Shown here: positions 1-12,295 of the stretch, piece after piece
How positions within the stretch are numbered: position 1 is the first letter of the stretch
Layout: each line of letters begins with the position of its first letter
NCBI GenBank assembly: GCA_002104905.1
Contig: MCFE01000101.1
Coordinates: 1-64,000, forward strand
Source of the DNA: Basidiobolus meristosporus CBS 931.73
Taxonomy: Eukaryota > Fungi > Basidiobolomycota
Direction of reading: 5' to 3'
Length of the DNA stretch: 64,000 nucleotides
The notes under the pieces: model-generated
Databases searched by the model: none
The model's input: the letters and a program-made list of their open reading frames with translations, nothing else
What the model was told of the DNA's origin: nothing
Made by a program: the position numbers and the translations under genes

Positions 1-844
1 CATTTTTTCTAACCTATCTCACAAATAACTTTGTATGAGTTCAATACTCCTACCTCCCATTTAATAATGGATGATCTCGATCCAATGCCGCTGCATGCTT
101 AACTGATGCAATGCCCGATTACATAAAGACTAATCCGTTCTGATATGCAGAAAGTACGAGATCAATCCAATCCCAGTGCATGACCACTTAGGGTTAGGGT
201 TTAGAAATCAACCATCTTCGCAAGATCTGGAATTGAGGCTTAGATAATTACATAATGAAGGAACAGCCGATCCATGGCATGCTAGGAATATGTAGTTGTG
301 TACCGTAGTGGGGGTATCAATTGATAATGTAGAGTGCGGATAGGTAAATGCTGCTTACAAATCACGCACCATATGGCAGCTGAGACCAACACTATCATTG
401 GCACCTAATTGCAAGGAATTCATGTTGTAACAAATGGATGGAGATCTGCTTTTATAGGAACATCCAAATGTGTCTTTTACTGACACCTGCTCACAAGCCA
501 TAAAGTAGGTGTGCACTACTCAATTTAGGAAGCGTACTTTTTGCCGTTACTGAGATTTTCACGGTGGCTTCCACGTGAGTATTAGTTACCATTAGCCTTA
601 AAAAGGACTCATCTAGAAAAGCGACCAAGTGGTTATGAATGCGTCACCAATTTCTGACAAATCTCTGTCGGCTGTATTGCATGCAGTTAAACTACGTTAC
701 ATGTTTGTGTTTCTATGAACGATTGTGCATGCAAATACTCCTCACCTGACACTACTAGAAATCAATTTGTACAATCGTGCTGACACCGCATTCCAAGCAA
801 TAAGCACACCCACGGGACTCATACTTGACGATAAGAAACATCGT

Positions 845-1424
845 TTATGAAGGGATATAATAATATAGAAATGAAATTGTAGATATCTTGGAGTAAAAAA
901 ACTCAGGCAGCCAGGATCTTATTGGTATATCACAGTTGCCCTTGACATTGGGGTCATCGTTGATGTCGTAGCAATTCTGGCTAGTGGCCAAAGCATCCCC
1001 TATCAGTATCGGCGCCTCATTATGGGCTGTGTACGTCTTTTGTTCATGGAGGCCAGTTCCCCCAAAAAAATTGTAACACCATACCTCAGCATAGATCTTG
1101 CCATCGCACACCGCATCCTAACATCGCTTGGGGCCTTAGTCGTATGTCCTAGGATTCAGGCGACAACTGTAATCTGTGTAGTAACAGTAATACTTATAAA
1201 CAGTAGCAGTACATGGGCAATGGCTGGCTAGTGGGAAGCTATTGTACTCCTCATTCACCGAAGTTCCGTACGGGACGCTCCATGTTTTGGGGGATTGGCT
1301 ACTATACCAATTCTGGGTATAGCGTTTCGTATACTTTAGACTATGCTGGAAGATCGTATCGGTACCATTGCTAGACGAACCCTGCGACCATCACGATCAG
1401 TAGGCAGAAGTAGTAGGCGGCCAT
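845..1424 (-). pseudogene. Disrupted gene for a secreted Cys-rich protein (~190 codons), unknown family
   Basis: ATG at 1424 gives a signal-like MAAYYFCLLIVMVAG. Removing one G at 1380-1382 continues as SSSNGTDTIFQHSLKY...HCPCTATVYKYYCYY...; in-frame TAA (1138-1136) and TAG (1120-1118) follow, then the track ORF 845..1111 in the same frame. The 3' end is uncertain. Confidence 0.55.
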
Positions 1425-2419
1425 AGTGTAGTGATTTAATGATGGATCTTTGTGCATGGATACTTCGGTTTACAAACCATTCACTGCATGAGAAATGGAT
1501 ACAAGAAGCGCTCGAGTGTAGTATTTCCACCTGACGATGAAAATAGAAGGTCATAACGTAATTGAAGCTCCACTCTCGTTGCTGATAGGAAATCGCATTG
1601 GCTGACTAAACAATAGGCTAGCCGTTGGTTAACCTAATTGCTAATAGAGACTTTCACTTTAGATTCAATGCCAAAAGGCACGACTTGCTATAACTGAATA
1701 CGACGAAAGAGAGCATATATCTTGATCCTCATTTGCTCATCGCTTCAAGAACTACTGGTGAAACGGAAGAGTATGATGCTCTATGTTCCTGTGATGCTGT
1801 TGATTTCTGGTCGTCAATCATCTCGGGCAATCATCTCAAGACGCCCAGTTTTCCGCATCCATCTACCTGCTCAGGCAAATCTGGCTCAGATGACCAATTT
1901 GGGAATTGCCGCATGTGTATTTATTCCTCAACTTCATCACTCTATTGTTTGTTGGTTCTGACTGAGACCTCTACTGAAAATGGGAAACGATGACCTAGGC
2001 TTTTATTCCCTCTTTGATCCATTTCGAAACCAACTACGCGACCATAGCAATTCCCACAATCTCTCTACCTACTGAATCTTCAGCAAATATATTGATTAGA
2101 CTTTTGATGGCTTCGTTGTAAGTATTCCGACCCACAAAGCCTAGAAGTGTCATACATTCTGTCGAATACATCACTTTCATCCCCTAAATTGTATTTACCT
2201 CGTGGCTGAAAATATCTTTAATGCTCATGCTATGTCTGGTACATCAGCTCATGGCTTTAAACAGGTTATTACCCAAAGCACACAATTCATTTTGGTTTTG
2301 AGCAGAAACGGTTGGCAAATATCCCTCTGTTTCTTTGTGGCAACAGGTCGATGCGTTGAAGTATAAATGCTGCCTCGAACTCAGCTCTCATCCGCACACC
2401 ATCACTAGTTCCACTTACT

Positions 2420-4054
2420 ATGATTCCCACTTTTCTCAAGGCCACTGCCCTCCTGTTGTGCGGCTTTTCATGGGCTTCAGCGAAGGTTGTTACCTACAAT
2501 CTCAACGTCACCCTGGAGGACCATGCTGCCGACTGCTTTAAGCGACCCAGTGTCCTAATCAATGGAGGATCTCCGGGCCCAGAAATCCATGTCCGCAGTG
2601 GAGATCAACTAATAGTCAATTTGCAAAACTCCATGGCCGAAGCAGAATTTACCTTGCATTTCCATGGCATCATTCAACGCGGAACCCCTTACTCCGATGG
2701 AGTTCCGTATCTTACCCAGGCACCCATTGCCCCCGGTGGCAGCTATAAGTATGTCATCAATATTGGGAAGCAAGTGGGGACGTATTTCTATCACTCCCAT
2801 ACTGACGCCTCCGCCACCACCGCTTACGGGGCTCTTATCGTCCACGAGGCTGAAGAAGTGGATTCCCCCTTTGATTACGACGAGGAAAGAGTACTGCTAC
2901 TTGCAGAGGTCTTCCACAAAACCGATGTGGAGATCACCAACGGACTCATGGGCATCCCAAAGCTGGACTCAATTGTTAATCCAGACTCTTTGGTCCTCAA
3001 CGGAAAAACGTTTGCTCAATGGAATTGCACTAGCCAGGGTGTCCGGTGTGACAACACCTGCGAGAGAGAAGTAGTGACGGTAGAACCAGGAAAAACCTAC
3101 AGGTTTCGGATCATTAACGCCGCATTTAATCGAGTTCTTTCGTTTGGGATTGAAGGGCATCTCCTGACAATTATAGAAGCGGATGGCTCTTATGTTGTGG
3201 CCACCCCAGTGGACCAGTTGCATATTTCCCCGGGGCAGAGATACTCGGCCATAGTTCACACCCACCATCAATCTGGGAATTTCTATATGAAATCGGAATT
3301 AATTGGGCCAACCCCGGCGCCGAACAATGGTTTAGGAATTTTGCATTATGCAGATGCAGTGAAACCTGATACCAGAGCATCCAACCCAGTAGTCAATGTA
3401 CCTGCCGTACGTAGCCCGAAGTATTTGGAGGAGTTTGACCTTTTCAAGCCTCTCCCAGGTGCCCCCAGTCATAGCGAAGTGCCATTTCCTGAGCATTACG
3501 ATCGGGAGATCGTGATTGAGATCAGAGACTCCGGAGATCGGTCGTTTTTGAACGGTGTGTCATACCAAGTGCCAGCAGGGAACATGTTGCAGGCATTGCT
3601 CTCAGGGAAGCGATCCACTCACCCGGACTACCGGAAAGCCATCATGAACGGTGGATATGATGCTGTGAGGGAATCGTATCCCATTCGTTATGGCGAGGTG
3701 ATTCAGGTGGTACTTCAAAACACTTACTTGAAGGGGGCTGAGGTGTGCCTGACCCACCCGTTCCATTTACACGGTTATTCGGTCTACGATCTAGGCGGAG
3801 GATACGGCAAGTATGATGCGCAAAACGCTAGTCTTGCCATTCAGCGGATCAAGAATCCACTCTACCGGGATGTGGTGAATGTTTACGGGGAGCCAGGCAC
3901 TGGCTCGTATGGAAATCCTTGCGGCTACCGGGTGATCCGATTTGTGGCTGACAATCCTGGGGTTTGGTTATTCCATTGTCATATCACTCCTCACATGATG
4001 CAGGGCATGCAAACATTATTTGAGACTGGAGTCGAGAAACTTGCCTCTCTTTGA
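2420..4054 (+). CDS. Secreted multicopper oxidase (laccase/ascorbate-oxidase-like), intronless, 544 aa
   Basis: Signal peptide; all four Cu-binding motifs: LHFHG, GTYFYHSH, HPFHLHG, WLFHCHITPHMMQGM (axial Met). Confidence 0.95.
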   Translation: MIPTFLKATALLLCGFSWASAKVVTYNLNVTLEDHAADCFKRPSVLINGGSPGPEIHVRSGDQLIVNLQNSMAEAEFTLHFHGIIQRGTPYSDGVPYLTQAPIAPGGSYKYVINIGKQVGTYFYHSHTDASATTAYGALIVHEAEEVDSPFDYDEERVLLLAEVFHKTDVEITNGLMGIPKLDSIVNPDSLVLNGKTFAQWNCTSQGVRCDNTCEREVVTVEPGKTYRFRIINAAFNRVLSFGIEGHLLTIIEADGSYVVATPVDQLHISPGQRYSAIVHTHHQSGNFYMKSELIGPTPAPNNGLGILHYADAVKPDTRASNPVVNVPAVRSPKYLEEFDLFKPLPGAPSHSEVPFPEHYDREIVIEIRDSGDRSFLNGVSYQVPAGNMLQALLSGKRSTHPDYRKAIMNGGYDAVRESYPIRYGEVIQVVLQNTYLKGAEVCLTHPFHLHGYSVYDLGGGYGKYDAQNASLAIQRIKNPLYRDVVNVYGEPGTGSYGNPCGYRVIRFVADNPGVWLFHCHITPHMMQGMQTLFETGVEKLASL

Positions 4055-4723
4055 TCAATAAAATCCGCGACATGTGAAATCGCTTGATACATATTGGGGT
4101 GGTTATTGATATCGTGTTATTGATATCGTCTTTCTCTGGTGAATTTCATATCCCGCTGCAAGGCACGTGATTCTGGTTGGGTATGCTGAAAGACCGAAAA
4201 AAGGGATCCTAACGCTGGGTAGTGTTGCGTAATGTTGGGTTTCTTATTGTTAAATCAAATCTCCAATCCTGTGTGTATAATTCACATATATATTATATAG
4301 AATTATCGAGGTTGCTCATAAATCCTAGCCCTGAAAGATTCTTGGCCAAGTGCAAGCCTATACATTCCACCAATTGTTAGGAGGAGCAGTATAGTAATGC
4401 AGTACTTGGAAATGCATGACAGCCAACCCATAGCTAAGCAATATAAAGCCGATATTCCACAGTTACGCAATATTAAACTAACGCATTTCACAATTCTCAT
4501 CAACATGTGGCAAATCGTAGAATAAATGCACTGAATGTGTGCAACGGCAATAGTAAACTTAATATAAACAGCCCTCTCTCTTCATCCTTATTTCCTAGGT
4601 GAGCTGATTGGTGGAGACCTCCAACTAATAAAATCAATTGAAACATTATATTACGAATATAGCATCCTCTCTACCTTACCCAGATTTCTCTTTATCTTTG
4701 AATTCAAACACCAGACGTTCACG

Positions 4724-5402
4724 ATGGCCACCCCGTCCGAATATTGTCCTGCTTTTGCTCCCTTCTTTGGCTTTGCAGGAGTGTTCTCTGCCATGGCGTT
4801 AAGCTGTAAGCCTTTCAGTTCCATTTCAGAGTAGCGAGTACTTAGCATTTCTCTTTAGCTGCCGGTGCTGCTTATGGTACAGCAAAAGCCGGGATGGGTA
4901 TTGCTGGCATGGGTACTTTCCGCCCGGAATTAATCATGAAGGTACGCCATGATAACTGCCGAATCGCGAGAGGGTTTTAATGTTAATGAATTTCAATGCC
5001 TAGTCTCTCATTCCAGTAGTAATGGCTGGTATTATTGCCGTGTACGGATTGGTCACTTCAGTATTAATTTCGGGTAGCAGTAAGTGTTAATCTGGGAAGG
5101 CTGTTTGTTACGAAACAATATGAGTAACTGCTTTCCATTCGATAACAGTGAGCCCCACCGATAAGTATTCCCTGCTTTCCGGGTTCGTTCACATGGGCTC
5201 AGGGCTTGCGGTTGGTAGCACTGGCCTCGCTGCTGGTTATACTATCGGTATTGTAGGAGATGCTTGTGTTCGCGGATACGCTTTTCAGCCACGTCTCTTT
5301 GTCACCATGGTGTTGATTCTTATTTTCGCTGAAGTCTTGGGTCTCTACGGGCTTATTGTTTCACTTATCATGAACACCAAGGCCGACAACAATTTTTGCT
5401 AA
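4724..5402 (+). CDS. VMA11: V-ATPase V0 proteolipid subunit c' (4 exons: 4724-4805, 4859-4941, 5004-5079, 5149-5402)
   Basis: Hand splicing at GT-AG gives [19 protein letters not shown]...[31 protein letters not shown]...[19 protein letters not shown](R/K)PELIMKSL is characteristic of Vma11 rather than Vma3. Confidence 0.9.
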
Positions 5403-5903
5403 GCTCTTCTAGTATAACCACCCTGCCTCGACTTTCATCCCGCCCCCTTTCCCAAGCACACTATTATGTATTGCAGTAAGATAGCACACACCGCTGCACC
5501 GGATTCCCGTTATCTAATCACAATAAAAGTCTTTTCTAGAACCTAGTTCCCACTGCAATCACAATTGCTGGTGGTCGGGCTTCTCTGCATCCATCACCTA
5601 GCCATGTTTAAATCGTTCGTTAGTGAGCAGGATACAAAGCGCGAGTATTTTTTAATCATTACAACTCCATGGACCATCAACCATCATACATCATCCAATA
5701 CCCCTCACCCCTCGGATCCCTGGCATTTTCATCCGACTATTTTGGATCCTACGCATGGTGATTGAGGTTAACTCTTTAATTTCAAGGAAATACGTGGGGA
5801 TTGTCAGTTTTGTATACTACTAGGTACAGCATATTGCGGTCCGCCTTTTTCGTGTATCGGCAACTCACAACAGTGATTCCCTCTTCTTTTCTCACCTTAG
5901 GAA

Positions 5904-7574
5904 ATGACTGCGACAACCAATAACGCTGATACCGCCAACCCCCCTCAGAAAATCGAGTCCTACGAGGTGGGTTGGATGTTCGTTCAAGAGTACTACACTT
6001 TCTTGAACAAGGATCCATCTCGCCTCCATTGCTTCTACAATAAGAAATCCACCATGATACACGGTATCGAGGGGGAACAAGTGAAGCCGTACCATGGACA
6101 ACAGGTAGGTTTCGCCAAAAGCAGGGCTAGGGGCGCATCTTTCTTTGGTCAAGACTAAGCGTTTATTTCTTTTGATAAAAAGGAGATCCACTCGAAGATT
6201 CTCGAGCTTGCCTTTGATGATTGCCGAGTTTTGGTGTCTAGCGTCGATAGTCAGGCCTCGCTTAACGGTGGCATCATGATTCAGGTGCTGGGTGAGATGT
6301 CGAACAAAGGGGGCCCTTCCCAGAAATTCGCCCAGACCTTTTTCCTTGCCGAACAGCCCAACGGCTATTTCGTACTCAACGACATCTTCAGATTCCTGAA
6401 AGAGGAAATCGATGAAGAACTAGATTACGAGACTGATATTGTTGAAGATCCCTCTAAAGCTAGCCAACCTCCCACCACCACCGCCGCCGCCGAAGCTCCT
6501 CCTACTGAACCGACTCCTATTGCTGAACCTGTTCTTGATACCAAACCCACAGTGGCAGTGGAGGAGCCTTCAGCTGTAGAGCCAGCTGCTGCCGCCGTCG
6601 TTGAAGAGAAATTGGAACCTCAAACCGATGCCACCGATGAACCAGCTGACAACAAGGCTCCCAAACCCACTGAGGCCAATGGTACCACCGAGCAATCACC
6701 AACCACCCCAGCGGAGAAGGCATCCGAGTCGGCCAAACCGGATATCACCGAAAAGGAGCAACCTGCAGCTGCTCCATCAACTGAAGCTAAGCCAGCATTT
6801 AAATCCTGGGCCAATCTAGCAGCAAACGGTCGTGATAAGTGGGGTAGCCAGGTAGCAGATATTCGCGGTACAGTCTCCTCAGTCAGCGGTCAAAAGCCTC
6901 AACCAAATCAGCCTACCACTCAGCAACAGCCAGCACAGAACCAATCTCCTCAACAGCCGCAGCCAAGCCAGCCCACTCCACAACCAACTGCGCCATCCAC
7001 CCAACAACAACCTGCCCAGCCACAGCGCAACGTCCGTCAGGAGAATTCGTTCAATAGAAGCAACGGCTACAAACAAGGTAAGGACGGAAGCGATGTTGTT
7101 TGCAACCTGCGTGCACCACCCTAACCAACATTTCCCTGACGGTCAGACGAGAACCTATCTGTGTTCGTCAAGGGTGTCCATGAAGGTATGACTCAGGAAA
7201 TGTTCAAGGCGTCCTTCAGCTCCGTAGGCACTGTGAAAGCCGTCGACGTCATCGTTCCCAAGGTACCTCTTTCTAATCACCCCCTGCACACCCCGCCCGA
7301 CCAGGCTAATCCTTTCCCCCAGAATTGCGCATTCGTGGAATTTACCACCAGCGAAGCATACAAGAAGGCCATCGCACAGAACATCTTCGTGGTGAATGGA
7401 CAAAATGTGTACGCCGAGGAACGCCGCAAGAACCCTCGCCAATCCGGCCGTCCCAACTACAACCAGGGGGAGCGACGTGGCGGCTACCACCAGAATGGTG
7501 AGCGTGGCGGTCGTCGAGGCCGCGGAGGAAGGCCATTCAACAAAGCACCCGTAGACAAGCACATCAAGCAATGA
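5904..7574 (+). CDS. NXT3: NTF2-like plus RRM plus RGG protein (G3BP/Nxt3/Bre5 family); introns at about 6105-6182, 7078-7146, 7264-7322
   Basis: NTF2 domain EVGWMFVQEYY...QTFFLAEQPNGYFVLNDIFRF; acidic/Pro-Gln linker; KSWANLA motif; RRM (SVFVKG, NCAFVEF); RGG tail. Confidence 0.9.
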
Positions 7575-7955
7575 AGAACCGAATCCGGGAATACTCACCT
7601 CCGCATGATATCCTCCTCGACTTCCCTTCACCCACTCTAATGTTCAGATTCTTGGTTAATTTAAATTAAAAATGATGTATAATTACGGTCGAGCGTTGGA
7701 GGGGTTGCGGTTGGGTGCACCTGCAGGAAGATCAGTGATGAATGGTCAATTGGTCCGTTATTATCATTGCTTTATGAATAAATAAACAAAATGAAGCTTG
7801 GGAAGGGGAGGGGAAGTGAGTGATTAATCGATAGAAGAGATTCGAGTCATTCGACGTCGTCGTTGCTCGCTATTAGCCGATTCGGTGGAGTACATGTGTT
7901 CCCAGATTAGACGGGAGTGTTGAGGATGTTTAACTAAAAGGGAACAATCTACTAC

Positions 7956-9802
7956 TTAATGGCCATTCACCTGAGGGGCTGGCATGTTCGGAACCTTGGA
8001 GGATGCTTTCGAGAACAGCATGTCCAACGATCCAATCACCTTCATCAGATCCTTCTGGAAGCTGATTTCCTTCTTGACTCGGTCGTTCAGGCTCTGGAAG
8101 AGCTCATCGATCAGTGGCGACTGGCCGAGCACTACACTGTACATGTCCAGGATCACGTTGGCCACGTCCACCAGCAGGCCGGTGTATCTGGGATGGGTGA
8201 TGTTCTTCACTAAGAACTGGACGATTGGCTCCAGGGAAATGTCGTCTCTTCCTTGGAGAGAACTACGAAGGCCATCACGGTGTACGAGTTCTTCAAGGAG
8301 CGAGATGACGATCAAGGGATTACGGTTCTTGCTCAACACAGCGTCCAGTGCGTTGGAGTATTGGAAAGCTTTGAGGTATTTGTCGTAATCGGTCAACTTC
8401 TTTCTCTTCATGGTCTCCACTTTGAAGTCCTCCTGCGTTGGCGTGTATCCCTTGCCACGAACAAAGTATTGGTATGTGCCACCGTTGAATTGCTCCGTGC
8501 GACGATTCATGAAGGTTTCCTGAGGCTTGACTACTCTTTGGCGAATGGAGAGAAGTCCACTGGCCATACCAGCCACCAAGTGCGTGTCATCGGGAGATAA
8601 GGCAACGCTGAGAATTGGGGCGGGATATTTGACGCTGTGAACGACCTTGTAATCCTGGACATTGTACACCTTCACATGGTGGTCGAGTGATCCGGTAATA
8701 AGACGAGAGTAGGAGCCATCGAAGCACATGGAGGTGACGGTTTTCTGATGGTTGGTGAGCGACTGGAGAGTACGTCCACCGGCGAGTAAATCGAAGATCT
8801 TCACGTTGGGACCACCAGCAGATACGACCAGACCACCGCCTGGGAACATCAGCACATCCTCGACCGGCTCGCCGTGGTTCATAGACATGGCGCACTCGTT
8901 TGATCTCAAATCCCACAGCTTCACTGTGCGATCGTATGAACCGGATAGAACGAGGTTGGGGTTGTCCATACTTACAACTCCGGCACGTACATAATCCTAC
9001 ATTGGAGCAAGCCGCTTGGTTAGAATAGCTCCGCACTGATGCAGCTCTGAACAATCCAACGGTACCGTATGGTCATCGAAGATCGACACCGCCGTTTCAC
9101 TAGGGATGTCCCACACACGGACAGTTTTATCATCAGAGGCGGAGAGGATTTGGGTGTTGTTGGGGGAGAATTTGGCCACGTGCACTGGACTGGGAAAACG
9201 AGTTGGTCAATGTTTGGGACGTGGGTGGGTGGGTGAGCGGGGTTTCGCTTACTTCTCGTGTCCGTTGAAAGTTCTAAGAATGGCGCGACTGTTCACATCG
9301 AAAACCTGAAAGACAAAGACGAAATGCACATCAGTGACTGGTGCGAGGGGCGCTCTCCAAGGGTAGGGATACGATGCCCACCTGAACTGTTCCGGTGCCG
9401 TCACCAGAGACGATCAATTTGCCGTCATTTCTGAAAGATCCGCTGTATGCGGTGTCCTTGAAACGAGAAATGGTCTTCTTGACGCTGTGGGTCTTGGAGC
9501 TGTAAACCTGCACACGTGCAGAGGAGGTGACGGCGAAATCATAGGGAGCTACAGGCGAAAAGTTGATGGAGGTGACCGAAGCGTACTCTTTGATAAGGAT
9601 GGGCGACTAAACAAAACGGGAAGCAATTAACAAGGGCAAAACAGGTAGGCCGAGGGAGGATCCCGAATCTATCCCACACGTCCGCTCGCCAACACCAAGG
9701 GAACCGCCAAGTTACCTTGAATTTCCTCCAGTAACGTGCTTCGGGGGTCTTTCTGTTGGGTAATCTAGGGAACTTTTTGACGGCGATTTTTTTGTACTCC
9801 AT
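7956..9802 (-). CDS. UTP15: U3 snoRNP/t-UTP WD40 protein Utp15 (multi-exon)
   Basis: N-terminal TPEARYWRKFK, WD40 repeats (LSASDDKTVRVWDI, LSGSYDRTVKLWDLR), C-terminal UTP15_C region (LLEELVHRDGL...LQGRDDISLEPIVQFL). Confidence 0.92.
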
Positions 9803-10157
9803 ATTCTATGTAAGGTGAGAAGCACTCCGTTTAATATATAAAAACACTCTATAAAAGAAAGAAAAATATATAAAACAAAGAAAGTGCCGCTGCCGATGGC
9901 AACTTGCTTTTCCTACCGAGGCGATCAATAAAAAAAAGAAAAAAAACGCAAGTCAGAAAAAAAGCGCTAACCACGAATGCGAAGTGTGATTAGTTTTGTG
10001 CGATGGTGATTAACGGATCGGCTCAGTGACTGGGGGCTCGAGGGCCAAAATTTTTATCATTTCAACCACTTCTCCATCTCGAAAGCACTTTGCTCTTTCA
10101 GTTGATTTTGGTGAATCCCATTCATATATCCCGCACTCTTTCGAAGCCATTCATACC

Positions 10158-10574
10158 ATGTCAAACATCAGCAGAAAGATTTTCGGCAACAAGCAAATCT
10201 TCTTTCCAAGCGTGATCTTCAAGGTGGTGCGCTCCAACCTTCCTCCCAATCAAGTCGCTTTTCGTGTCCCACCAAAGGTCAACAAATTAGATATCAAAGA
10301 CTATCTATCCCACGTTTACAAGCTGGACGTGGTGAATGTACGTACCGTCAACTATGAGGGTAAGATGAAGATGGACGCCAGAATCGGGCGTAGAGTCCGT
10401 GACAAAGACTGGAAGAAGGCCATCGTTACCATTGGCACCGACTTCGAGTACCCTGCCAAACCCAACTTGGACGACTTTGGCAAGGAGACCCATCAAGAAC
10501 AAGTCACCCACCGCGCTAGAAAGCTGAAGGGCTGGAGAATGAGAGCCCCTAGAGTAGCGCCCAAGAGCGAATAG
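10158..10574 (+). CDS. MRP20: Mitochondrial ribosomal protein uL23m, divergent from UTP15
   Basis: ATG at 10158; FRVPPKVNKLDIKDYLSHVYKLDVVNVRTVNY...DWKKAIVT is the L23 signature. The track's longer upstream start is not a real ATG. Confidence 0.88.
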   Translation: MSNISRKIFGNKQIFFPSVIFKVVRSNLPPNQVAFRVPPKVNKLDIKDYLSHVYKLDVVNVRTVNYEGKMKMDARIGRRVRDKDWKKAIVTIGTDFEYPAKPNLDDFGKETHQEQVTHRARKLKGWRMRAPRVAPKSE

Positions 10575-10804
10575 ACTGTTCCCCCTTTACCCACCCTCAC
10601 TCATTATTTCTTATATCTTTCTTGCATGTTCCTCTCTTTCAAGAGTCATTGTGATTAAAGCAATCAAACTAGCATTTCAAGTACAAATTCCGTGCTATCC
10701 AAGCGGCACCTTAATTTATCCAAGATCCCGGATAAATAGGATGGATAGAATGTGGCGTTTCCAATACGGCTACAGCTCTGCATCAAGTGTGTAAGCTCCT
10801 TGCT

Positions 10805-11226
10805 ATGGGCAATGCAACCAATTTGTTAGTTTTGGTAACGGCTGGTATTGCGTTAGCGTCAAACCCTGATGAGGTCTCATTCAAGGCCCATATGGAGAAG
10901 TTGCTCCAACGGTATGAGCATCGTCTTCAGATTTTGCCTCCAACCAGAGTGCTGCTCCTCCTAACCCTGTTTATATTATTAGCTCGGGCTCCTCCTGGAT
11001 TGAGCGTACGCTCATTTCACAAGTTTCAACGCTGGTGTACAAGCGAAAGGTATTTATACACGGCTTCCCCTAGCAAGGATGTTGGCGTTGAAAAGGATTT
11101 TCTTCTCAACAACCACAGGATTACAAGTTCTTCTCCTTGTTCGTCATCCCGGAAACTGAGACCGTGTATTTGGGTGTTTTTGGTATATGGATTGGCTTGC
11201 CATTATACCTGAAACGTCAAAGTTGA
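10805..11226 (+). CDS. Small (~93 aa) membrane/secreted protein; exons 10805-10911, 10983-11049, 11119-11226
   Basis: Canonical splicing gives MGNATNLLVLVTAGIALASNPDEVSFKAHMEKLLQRSGSSWIERTLISQVSTLVYKRKDYKFFSLFVIPETETVYLGVFGIWIGLPLYLKRQS* in one frame. Confidence 0.7.
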
Positions 11227-11377
11227 GGTTTAAATATGATATTTATTCTAGTAAATAAACCACCTCGAAACTCAAATACATAGGCTTCCGCTTAATCTAG
11301 CTAAGTGCCAAGTAGACAAAATTCCCGGGTTTGTGGTACGGAAGTTCTCCGCCTCGCCTCATGGGAGTCGAATGTAC

Positions 11378-11888
11378 TTAGCGTTGTGAGCGAGCCAGCT
11401 GCTTGAGGTGATTGTGAATCTTCATCTTGATCCAAGACTTGTCGTGTGGTACATAGGCCTTAATACGATCATCATATACCATGGCAGCCAGTTCGTTATG
11501 CATGTCCACAAACTTGTTGAGATCGTCAATATGGTAGTTGATGTGGGGAGTGTTTGGATTCATGGACTTCAGTCTGTTCTCGTACATTTTGATCACGTCT
11601 GTTTTATGGAGTAGCGTAATGGTTAGGGTGGGGAGGGCAGTGGTGGTGCAAGGTAGGCTCTAAGCAGCGAATCTATGCCTTACCTTCCACGGCCAAACTA
11701 ATGGTTTCGTGATCAACGAATGTGCGGGTCTTGATGTCGTTCGACTTTTGAATCAATAAGATGGTGTGCTACAAAGGTGCAGATTAGTATCGCTTGATCG
11801 GTGGTGAAAAAGGTGGTAAGCTCCGGCGAAGAAAAGAAGCACGGATCTCTTTTTCCTTCGACCAAGTCCGGTTCAGGGTTCTTACCAT
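11378..11888 (-). CDS. ERH: Enhancer of rudimentary homolog; exons 11888-11886 (ATG only), 11768-11684, 11598-11378
   Basis: Spliced product MHTILLIQKSNDIKTRTFVDHETISLAVEDVIKMYENRLKSMNPNTPHINYHIDDLNKFVD...AYVPHDKSWIKMKIHNHLKQLA aligns by eye along its full length with animal ERH (MSHTILLVQ...[22 protein letters not shown]...YQPYNKDWIKEKI). Confidence 0.9.
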
Positions 11889-11975
11889 TGCTGTGGTGTT
11901 TCAACGCGTTGTTCAGCTCGTCAACAGTAGGTTCTTGGAACTTCAAGTACTATTTTGAAAAAGGGTCCGCAATCT

Positions 11976-11985
11976 GGTCACGTGA
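11976..11985. promoter_or_regulatory. E-box GGTCACGTGA about 90 bp upstream of the ERH start
   Basis: Exact bHLH E-box; the identical 10-mer recurs at 14195-14204. Confidence 0.35.
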
Positions 11986-12295
11986 ATGAGAAGGTTTTGG
12001 AATGTTACTTTTAGCAAGCGAGTTCATCACAAAATTGGAGCTTAAATCAGGTGAATCGAGCACAGGTTATGCTTGTGTTTGGTTGCATAAATTATGGCAG
12101 TATTGATGAAGAGAGATGTCCACTCTACCGTTTCACAGGGTTCAGAGAGGGTCACGATTTAACTGTTTCTGGGTTTCGAGAGAAAGAATAAGGACAGTTA
12201 CGCACTGAAGACCGCTCATTAGGTACACATGTTTGTATTTTATGATATTCTATGAGGCAAGAGACGCTAGGGCGATAACGATCTATTCTACAGGA

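Noticed and set aside
188-204. TTAGGGTTAGGGTTTAG telomere-like repeat
   Set aside because: Only two perfect units; compatible with chance, and no array or subtelomeric context is visible.
1722-1993. Overlapping short + strand ORFs upstream of the laccase
   Set aside because: No ATG-supported model, splice pattern or recognisable motif.
7959-8600. Long antisense ORFs over UTP15; similar ones over the aspartic protease (14640..15545) and GFA1 (19714..20406, 20530..21252)
   Set aside because: Shadow frames expected from biased codon usage on the coding strand; no independent motifs.
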